Shown here: one piece after another, positions 50,608 through 58,299 of the stretch
How the letters are laid out: the number at the start of each line of letters is the position of its first letter
Numbering within the stretch: position 1 is the stretch's first letter
Virus record (IMG/VR): IMGVR_UViG_3300024358_000009
Span: 62,001 to 126,000 of that record
Strand: one strand, 5' to 3'
Length of the DNA stretch: 64,000 nt
Position numbers and translations under genes: made by a program
Notes under the pieces: model-generated
The model's input: the letters and a program-made list of their open reading frames with translations, nothing else
Told to the model about the DNA's origin: nothing
Database searches by the model: none

Positions 50608-50878
50608 TTTCTTCCCTTATTTGTCTTTTTAAAGCTTGTATCTCTCTTGTATTTAAAAGAACTTGATTAAGAATTTCAAGGCTTTTATTCTGAGTATTTA
50701 CTACAGTTTCTATTCCAGCTTCAAGTTTATCTAAAAACTCCAAATGCCTTTCCTGCATTGGTAAAATAACTTTTTCACCCAACCACATGCCTGATTTATA
50801 TGCACACCATACAAAAAACACTAAAAATGAGAAAGAAACGCCAAATCTTTCAACTAACTGAATAAATTGGTCGCTCAT
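50588..50878 (-). CDS. Holin-like single-TM membrane protein
   Basis: 96 aa with one hydrophobic segment (FGVSFSFLVFFVWCAY) followed by a coiled-coil, RBS gagg. No endolysin seen in the window. Confidence 0.45.
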   Translation of the reverse strand: MSDQFIQLVERFGVSFSFLVFFVWCAYKSGMWLGEKVILPMQERHLEFLDKLEAGIETVVNTQNKSLEILNQVLLNTREIQALKRQIREENEPARS

Positions 50879-50901
50879 TTGATTATCCTCTTAAGAAGTT
50901 G

Positions 50902-50920
50902 TGCAAATTTATATACACCA
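50902..50920 (-). promoter_or_regulatory. TGGTGTA motif upstream of the holin-like gene
   Basis: Minus strand TGGTGTATATAAATTTGCA in a 42-nt gap. Confidence 0.4.
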
Positions 50921-51046
50921 TTATAGAATACCTTTATTTTTACCTATCTTATCAATTGCATATAAAAACATACCTACAGATTGAGCCACTTCTGGATCAG
51001 CAGCAGCTTCTGCATAAATATCATCTATATTTTTATACACCGTCAA
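50921..51046 (-). pseudogene. Unannotated 41-codon ORF or C-terminal gene remnant
   Basis: Reads (L)TVYKNIDDIYAEAAADPEVAQSVGMFLYAIDKIGKNKGIL*. It is protein-like and has only TTG/GTG starts overlapping the upstream gene end, with no clear RBS. Confidence 0.5.
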
Positions 51047-51545
51047 TTTCTTCTATACTTGTGGCATTTTCAACAGCTTTTCTTCTACTTGCAAACACAC
51101 TTGACAGTTGTGCCCTAGCAGAACCATACTGTAATAATAATTGTACCATTTCGTTTATAGAAGTAAAACTTATAGCTGTATTATCTAAGGCTATAATTTG
51201 AGGTAGTGGCAAATTTAAAGCAGCAGCTTCTTTTGCAAGAGCGAATACGCCAGATATAAGAGCCACATCATTGGCTGATAAACCAAGACTAAATCCTTGA
51301 TTAGAATTCCAACCTTGAGCAATGGCAGCTTCCCATTCCTCATCAATCTTGGCCAATTTTTCAAGTTTCTTTTCTTGTAGTGGCCATTCACTAATAACTT
51401 GTTGTGCAGCTTGTTTTTGCTGGTCTGTGGAAATATCTGGGTCTTTATAAACTATTCCTATAAGTCCATCTTCTTGAAAATAAACATTTTCAATAGGGCA
51501 AACTGCCATTACTTTTTCGTTCAAAATTTGCATATTGTTATTCAT
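51033..51545 (-). CDS. Tail fibre assembly/chaperone-like protein (DUF4376-like C-terminus)
   Basis: Follows the fibre gene. Contains KKLEKLAKIDEEW...IIALDNTAISF...MVQLLLQYG...RRKAVENATSIEEI. Confidence 0.6.
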   Translation of the reverse strand: MNNNMQILNEKVMAVCPIENVYFQEDGLIGIVYKDPDISTDQQKQAAQQVISEWPLQEKKLEKLAKIDEEWEAAIAQGWNSNQGFSLGLSANDVALISGVFALAKEAAALNLPLPQIIALDNTAISFTSINEMVQLLLQYGSARAQLSSVFASRRKAVENATSIEEIDGV

Positions 51546-51552
51546 GTTTCAC

Positions 51553-54500
51553 CTAGCACCACAAAACAATTCCACAATTCACTCCATACCAATTTGCTGT
51601 TGATGATGCGTTTTGAATAGGGGTTACATAATGGTAACCAATACTGCTGGTATATCCATGTGTTGAAATAGTTCTTACAACATATCCTGAGATTTGCGAA
51701 TCAGTATAAGCTGTTCCAAAAAATGATGTTGTAGAATCCAATCCGAAACCAGCTTGAGCAGTTGATCCGGCAGCACCGGTTCCAACAGCCAATACCCCAG
51801 TTATTAAAACTGGAGACTCATTAAGTCCATTAATAAAATTAAGTCTGGTAACGCTTGCTCCACCATTCCATTCTCTACTTGCACCACTCCATGCAAAATT
51901 AAGTGAAAAAGCGGTAACAAAACCATGCCTTAAAATTCTGTTGTGATTGTTCCATAGGTAACGATTGGCAGCAGAATCTTCAGTTGTAGTTGCAGCAGTT
52001 GCCCTAAATGTTCCAAGATACCTTCTGCTTAAATCTGTTGTTTTTACATAAACACCATTTTGAAAAGATATTGCAGAACTTCTTGAAGAAGTAGTACCCC
52101 ATGCTACTGGAGGGTCTAATGCTAATGTTCCAGAACTTAAATAACCAAATACATCATACAATGTTCCAGAAGATAATCCTGAAAGTGCTAATGTTTTTTC
52201 TGTGAAAGAACAATTTACCCAAGAAGAAGATGATGTGTTATATAAACTTATTTTATCACCATTATAAGGTGTGTAGTAGACATTAGATGCTGATGTGACA
52301 TCAGAAGTTGTTACTGGTGTACCAGATGTTAATGTCAATCTTCCACCTGAAAATAATCCTTGTACTTCCCAACTAGGTGCTGCTGTTCCGTTAGAACGCA
52401 AGACCTGACCAGATGTTCCAGCAGCAAGAAATGAAGTCGCTCCTGAACCTGTGTTGTAGGGAATCTGTCCTGCACCACCGCCAAGCAAATTGGTAATTCC
52501 GTTTGTCCAGCTTAAGTTTCCGCTACCATCTGTTTTTAAAACATAGTTGTTGGTTCCAGCAGTAGTAGGCAATGTTAATGTGTAATTGGTGGCTATAGTT
52601 GCTGGAGATTGCATGGCAACATAATTGCTGCTATCAGCGTCTGCAAATCTTATGTCTGTCTGTGCATTTAGGTAAAGATTTCCGGTGGCATCAAAATAAC
52701 TGTATACAGTAGTTCCTAGATAATCTCTGAACTCTAGTAATGGGTATGTCTGACCACTTGCACCAAAAATTCCAAAAACACCAAATGCAGCATTATTGCT
52801 GTAAAGAGCTAATTGATCATAAGCTGATGAGCCATATGAAAAGGAGGAAGTAGCTGTAAAACCAGCAGAACCATCATTGTATTGAATATCTCCAGTAGAG
52901 CCAGCAGCACTTGCACCAGCAGCACTAGTCCAAGATAATGTTCCTGCACCATTAGTTGATAAAACTTGTCCAGATGTTCCATCGGCTGTTGGATAAGATA
53001 ATCCAGCAGCAACAAGAGTACCAATAGTAGCTTGTCCAGCTATTCCAGCACCACCAGCAACAATTAATGATCCAGTACCAGTAGTTGTACTAGCAGTAGT
53101 ATCATTGATAGTAGTAGCACCAGTTGGACCGATAGAAAACAGAGTTGCTGTTGTACTATCTTTTAATATAACTAAATTTCCAGTTTGTGATGCAACAGCA
53201 TTTATCGTTAAAGTATTGTCTGTTGTTACAGTTTCAGTAATCGTTAATCCACTTAAAGTTCCAACACTAGTTATAGAACTAGTATTCATCCAACTTGGTG
53301 CTGAAGTTCCATTGCTTTTTAAAATTTGACCACTTGTGCCAGCAGCAAGAAATGATGTAGCACCAGAGCCAGTATTATATGGAAGTTGTCCTGCACCACC
53401 GCCAGCAATATTTGTTGCAGATGTAGCATTACCGCTTAATGAAGCAGTTATAGTTCCAGCCGAAAAATTTCCCGAAGCATCTCTTTGTACTACATATGAA
53501 GCAGTATTTGTTGAACTGGAATTAATTCCTATTGTTCCAGTTGATGTAATAGTTCCACCAGTAATTGGCGAATTTGTGGCAATCGAAGTTACTGTTCCAT
53601 TACCTGTACCAGCACCGATAGAAGTTCTAAATGTAGATGCAGACTCTGCTGTAACAGTATTGTCTGCATTAACTTTTAAAAATGTTACTGCTGAAGGATT
53701 TGTTAGCGTAAATAAATTACTTCCTACTGTTGTACCACCAAGACTAGTTCTTCCTGTAGCAGCTACTAAATTTGTTGAGCCACCATCCCATTGACGGCGT
53801 TCAGAATATGCGGAATCCCAGTTGGTCTGACTTGCCGAAGTTGGTAGTGCATAGCCAGTATCCATCGCAATAGCGATTGTTCCACTAGATGTAATCGGAG
53901 AATTTGTAACTTTCATTCCTGTTGGAACAGATACGCCAACAGATGTTACAGTTCCACCTGAAGATGGAGACGAGTTAGTAATTGTAAACGAAGGGTAAGT
54001 ACCAGTAACCGATATGCCAGTTCCAGCAGTCAATGTTACAGTCTGATCTGGTGAACTATTGGTAATAGTGAAATTTGGATAAGTACCGGAAGTAGAAATT
54101 CCTGTTCCAGCAGTCAAAACAACAGTTTGATCTGGTGATGAATTAGTTATCACACCAGTCGTATTATTGTATGAAATACCAGTTCCAGCAGAAAGAGCGG
54201 ACCTAGCCCTAGTATCTGTGTAATAAAGATTTGAGCCTTCACTTATACTAGATGTTGATCCAGCTACATTTTCCCAAACTTTAGAAGAACTATTGTATTG
54301 AATAATATCATTATCAGCTAAAGTTCCACTATTAATGCTGACATTATGTAATTCTTCTAACTCATAACCATTTTGTATATTTACTAATATAGAACCTTGA
54401 TTAACACTTACATTTACTACAGTTCCAATAAATACAGCATGATCTGGAGCAGTTGGTTTAGTAGTAGTTAAACCACCAGCAGTAGTTGGCGATAACCACA

Positions 54501-57500
54501 ATGTATTTCCAGCAGAAAAGCTAGAAGTGTTTACATTTTCTAAAAGTCCTTGAGCTACAACAAAACCATCAGCATTATGATTTATTGTTTCTGCAACAAG
54601 GGCATATGTTTTACTAGAATCAGTCTCTGTATTTGCTTGTGCTAATGCTACTGTTGGTGTGCTACCACTTGCACCGTTTACATAAACAACTTGTTTTGGA
54701 CTTAATGTAGATCCAGTAGAATTTTTAACTTTAGTTCTAAAATTTAATACTTCTTTAAATTCTAATTCACCAAAACCATCTGTGCTTAAAAACTGTCCAC
54801 CTATTCCATCAGAAGGTGGTAATGTCCAAATTGTGTTTGCAGAAATTGAATCAGGAGCTTTAAATCCAACATAATTACTTCCATTAGCCACCAACTCTAA
54901 AAAACGAAGTTCGCTAGTATTTCCAGCAGAAGAACCATATGGGGCGATGCTTATTTGACCAGAGCTATATGTGAATTCAGCAGTTCCATCAAATGATCCT
55001 GCGTTATTATATTGTAATTCTCCAGAACTTCCTCCTGGCGTAACAGTAGCTGGATCGCCTTGAAACCCTTGGTTACCCTGATCACCTTGGAAACCCTGAT
55101 TACCTTGGTCACCTTGGAACCCTTGGAACCCTTGGTCACCTTGGAAACCCTGATCACCTTGATCACCTTGGAACCCTTGGTTACCCTGATCACCTTGGAA
55201 ACCCTGATTACCTTGGTCACCTTGGAACCCTTGGAACCCTTGGTCACCTTGGAATCCTTGGTTACCTTGGTCACCTTGGTTACCCTGATCGCCTTGAAAC
55301 CCTTGGTTACCCTGATAACCTTGGAACCCTTGGTTACCTTGGTCACCTTGGAAACCCTGATTACCTTGGTCACCTTGGAAACCTTGATTACCTTGGTCAC
55401 CTTGAAACCCTTGGTTACCCTGATCACCTTGGAATCCTTGGTTACCTTGGTCACCTTGGTCACCTTGGAAACCTTGACTACCTTGGTTACCTTGTAATCC
55501 TTGATTGCCTTGGAAACCTTGGTTACCAGTATCGCCTTTATCACCAGTTCTAGCGAAAGTTAATAAAACTTCATCTTGATCAGAAAAAGAACCACTACCA
55601 GAAAGATAAGAAACATCTATATCAAAATAACTTGGACTAGAATCAGATAAAGAATTTATTGCGTATATAGCAAAAACATTTGGTGAAAACTTTTTAGATA
55701 TCTTTACATGACCTTTAATAGTACTTGTTGAATCATCTATTGTATTTAAATAGATAGACAAATCTATATTTGCATTGTTTGGATTATCATCAATTAATAA
55801 ATGTGTTGCAGAAGAAATATCAGAATTATTAAATCTTATATAATTATCGCCTGGATCGCTTATAGATGTATTTAATCCATCAAATTTATACTCAACAGTT
55901 ACACCGCCGAAATTTCCATCATTACCTTGTGAGCCTTGCGATCCTTGAATTCCTTGTAAACCTTGTAATCCCTGATTACCCTGTAAGCCTTGAGTGCCTT
56001 GATAACCTTGAGATCCACGATCAACAATCATATCCCAAAAATATTCTTCTGGTGCATTTCCAGCAGAACCAATCGTAATCATCATTACCCATAATTGGCC
56101 GTTATAGGAAACTGCATCTCCAGCATTATAAACTATGCCACTATTATAAGTACCAACATAATTAAATGGTTGTGATCCTTGATAACCTTGATTGCCTTGG
56201 TAACCTTGAAAACCTTGATCACCCTGAAAACCTTGTTCGCCTTGATAGCCTTGAAACCCTTGGTTACCTTGATCACCCTTGCTTAATACTAAATCCCAAT
56301 TGCCTGGATAAGCAGGAGGAATGTATCCTGCTGCACCAATGTAATTACTCATTACATAAAGAGAACCATCATAAGTTACTGCTTGACCAACAGAATATGT
56401 GACTCCATTATTATAAGCACCAAGATAATTAAAAGGTTGAGAACCTTGATCGCCTTGGAACCCTTGGTTACCCTGATCACCTTGGAACCCTTGATTACCT
56501 TGGTCACCTTGAAAACCTTGGTTACCCTGATCACCTTGGAACCCTTGATTACCTTGGTCACCTTGAGAACCTTGGTTACCCTGATCACCTTGGAACCCTT
56601 GGTTGCCTTGGTCACCTTGAGAACCTTGGTTACCTTGATCACCTTGGAACCCTTGATTACCTTGGTTACCTTGGAACCCTTGGTTGCCTTGGTTACCTTG
56701 AAAACCTTGTCTACCTTGAAAACCTTGGAACCCTTGGTTGCCTTGGTTACCTTGAAAACCTTGTCTACCTTGAAAACCTTGAAAACCCTGTATACCTTGA
56801 AAACCCTGCGGTCCTTGATTACCAGCATTATTTGGTTCAAAAATAGTATGTATAATTCCATTACTGTCTAAAACAAAACCTTTCTTATCTACAACATTTA
56901 TAGCAAATTCATTTATTTGCATATCGCCAGAATTTGGTATAGATCCAGCTATGTAAGATCTTTTTGGTTTTATTGCTATATAAGGATCTTGTGTTGTATG
57001 CGTAGGTGCTACTGTTGTAGTAGTAGTCGTTGTAGTTGTGGTTGTGGTCGTAGTAGTTGTAGTTGTAGTAGATTGATTATATGCAGTTATTGATACATTA
57101 AAATTAACATTACTAATCCAAGAACTTGAATAAAAATCAAAATAAAAAGTAGATCCAGTAGGAACAACAAAACTTTCATTAAAACTTAAATTTATTGGAT
57201 ATACATATGGTTCTGGAGGTTGACTAAAATTTGTATATGTACTATCTGAAATTGGATAATTAAAACTACCTTTATAAACTAAACCACTACCAGATATATT
57301 TAATGTTACGAATGGTGGATATGCATCTCCTGTTTCTGGATCATAAGAAAGTATCTCTATAGTTACATTTGAAGATGGCGTTATTGGAGGTTCAAGTGGA
57401 GAATGAATTGGACCTGGTCCAGATGGAGAAAGAACCATAGAAAATGAATCAGAACTAGCATATGGCCAATCTGTACTTGGACCACCAATAGAACTAAATG

Positions 57501-58299
57501 ATGTTTGATAATTTAAATAAGATCTAAACTTAACAACAGATTGTTGAGGTGATTGCGTTGTAGTTGTGGTTGTTGTAGTAGGATTTGGATTGATATAGCA
57601 ATCAAGTTTTGCAAATTGATCACCGCTAAATGTAATTAATTCAGTTATTATATATGTTCCACTTATATCTCCAAAACCACCACTTAAAATAATAAAATCA
57701 TTAAATGATAATATATCTCCAACTTGTAAATCATAAGTAGTCCATGTAGAACCATTAAAAAAATTAATTGCCGGACCAACACCAACCATACTAGCTGTCA
57801 AAAGTTGATAAGGGCCACCAGTAAAATAAAATCCGTTATTTGAAGTTATTGAAGCTCCACTAGGGGTATTACTAGCAGAAGAGCTTGAAACATCTATGCT
57901 CCAATTGGCAAAACAATCTCCTGAGTTATCTGGAACAAAATAAAAACTACCACTAGAACCCACTTCAATTCCATTAGCAATAATTGAAATTTGTGATCCA
58001 GCATCAATATATATAGGAAAAGAAAAAGAAAAAACATGAGGAAGCATTGAAGCTGTTTCATTAATATAATCTATAGTTCCATTAGGACCATAGACTCTTA
58101 ATATTAAAGAAGCACCAGTAAATTGAGCAAAAGCTGAGTATTGGGCTAATAAATAACCAGACTCTGATGCATTAAAAGAAAATACAAAATAACCTGGATT
58201 TGGTTGATTGTTTGCCTGATAAACTAAATATGGATCTTGATATGTTCCAGAGCCTGTATATGTAGCATTTATTATAGATTGATCGATTGTAAATGACAC
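51553..58299 (-). CDS. Long tail fibre with collagen tracts and poly-Thr linkers (about 2248 aa)
   Basis: Likely GTG start at 58299 (RBS ggagga, overlapping the upstream TAG). Contains (GNQGFQGDQ)n, two Thr tracts, CBM-like modules and repeated GQ.L.(S/T)(N/D)G.G.LSW fibre motifs. Confidence 0.85.
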   Translation of the reverse strand: MSFTIDQSIINATYTGSGTYQDPYLVYQANNQPNPGYFVFSFNASESGYLLAQYSAFAQFTGASLILRVYGPNGTIDYINETASMLPHVFSFSFPIYIDAGSQISIIANGIEVGSSGSFYFVPDNSGDCFANWSIDVSSSSASNTPSGASITSNNGFYFTGGPYQLLTASMVGVGPAINFFNGSTWTTYDLQVGDILSFNDFIILSGGFGDISGTYIITELITFSGDQFAKLDCYINPNPTTTTTTTTQSPQQSVVKFRSYLNYQTSFSSIGGPSTDWPYASSDSFSMVLSPSGPGPIHSPLEPPITPSSNVTIEILSYDPETGDAYPPFVTLNISGSGLVYKGSFNYPISDSTYTNFSQPPEPYVYPINLSFNESFVVPTGSTFYFDFYSSSWISNVNFNVSITAYNQSTTTTTTTTTTTTTTTTTTTVAPTHTTQDPYIAIKPKRSYIAGSIPNSGDMQINEFAINVVDKKGFVLDSNGIIHTIFEPNNAGNQGPQGFQGIQGFQGFQGRQGFQGNQGNQGFQGFQGRQGFQGNQGNQGFQGNQGNQGFQGDQGNQGSQGDQGNQGFQGDQGNQGSQGDQGNQGFQGDQGNQGFQGDQGNQGFQGDQGNQGFQGDQGSQPFNYLGAYNNGVTYSVGQAVTYDGSLYVMSNYIGAAGYIPPAYPGNWDLVLSKGDQGNQGFQGYQGEQGFQGDQGFQGYQGNQGYQGSQPFNYVGTYNSGIVYNAGDAVSYNGQLWVMMITIGSAGNAPEEYFWDMIVDRGSQGYQGTQGLQGNQGLQGLQGIQGSQGSQGNDGNFGGVTVEYKFDGLNTSISDPGDNYIRFNNSDISSATHLLIDDNPNNANIDLSIYLNTIDDSTSTIKGHVKISKKFSPNVFAIYAINSLSDSSPSYFDIDVSYLSGSGSFSDQDEVLLTFARTGDKGDTGNQGFQGNQGLQGNQGSQGFQGDQGDQGNQGFQGDQGNQGFQGDQGNQGFQGDQGNQGFQGDQGNQGFQGYQGNQGFQGDQGNQGDQGNQGFQGDQGFQGFQGDQGNQGFQGDQGNQGFQGDQGDQGFQGDQGFQGFQGDQGNQGFQGDQGNQGFQGDPATVTPGGSSGELQYNNAGSFDGTAEFTYSSGQISIAPYGSSAGNTSELRFLELVANGSNYVGFKAPDSISANTIWTLPPSDGIGGQFLSTDGFGELEFKEVLNFRTKVKNSTGSTLSPKQVVYVNGASGSTPTVALAQANTETDSSKTYALVAETINHNADGFVVAQGLLENVNTSSFSAGNTLWLSPTTAGGLTTTKPTAPDHAVFIGTVVNVSVNQGSILVNIQNGYELEELHNVSINSGTLADNDIIQYNSSSKVWENVAGSTSSISEGSNLYYTDTRARSALSAGTGISYNNTTGVITNSSPDQTVVLTAGTGISTSGTYPNFTITNSSPDQTVTLTAGTGISVTGTYPSFTITNSSPSSGGTVTSVGVSVPTGMKVTNSPITSSGTIAIAMDTGYALPTSASQTNWDSAYSERRQWDGGSTNLVAATGRTSLGGTTVGSNLFTLTNPSAVTFLKVNADNTVTAESASTFRTSIGAGTGNGTVTSIATNSPITGGTITSTGTIGINSSSTNTASYVVQRDASGNFSAGTITASLSGNATSATNIAGGGAGQLPYNTGSGATSFLAAGTSGQILKSNGTSAPSWMNTSSITSVGTLSGLTITETVTTDNTLTINAVASQTGNLVILKDSTTATLFSIGPTGATTINDTTASTTTGTGSLIVAGGAGIAGQATIGTLVAAGLSYPTADGTSGQVLSTNGAGTLSWTSAAGASAAGSTGDIQYNDGSAGFTATSSFSYGSSAYDQLALYSNNAAFGVFGIFGASGQTYPLLEFRDYLGTTVYSYFDATGNLYLNAQTDIRFADADSSNYVAMQSPATIATNYTLTLPTTAGTNNYVLKTDGSGNLSWTNGITNLLGGGAGQIPYNTGSGATSFLAAGTSGQVLRSNGTAAPSWEVQGLFSGGRLTLTSGTPVTTSDVTSASNVYYTPYNGDKISLYNTSSSSWVNCSFTEKTLALSGLSSGTLYDVFGYLSSGTLALDPPVAWGTTSSRSSAISFQNGVYVKTTDLSRRYLGTFRATAATTTEDSAANRYLWNNHNRILRHGFVTAFSLNFAWSGASREWNGGASVTRLNFINGLNESPVLITGVLAVGTGAAGSTAQAGFGLDSTTSFFGTAYTDSQISGYVVRTISTHGYTSSIGYHYVTPIQNASSTANWYGVNCGIVLWC
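55057..55530. repeat. Imperfect 9/27-nt tandem repeat encoding GNQGFQGDQ
   Basis: Recurring accttggaaaccctgattaccttggtc-type units. A second array lies at about 56440-56820. Confidence 0.9.
56440..56820. repeat. Second collagen-coding tandem array of the 2250-aa fibre
   Basis: Same 9/27-nt units (accttggttaccctgatcaccttggaa). Confidence 0.9.

Noticed and set aside
51553-53410. Diversity-generating retroelement target or template in the fibre tip
   Set aside because: The duplicated segment differs at non-adenine-specific positions and both copies are in frame. No RT gene is in the window.
55057-56820. Regular direct repeats that could look like a CRISPR array
   Set aside because: There are no unique spacers, the period is a multiple of 9 nt, and the repeats are in frame within a collagen CDS.
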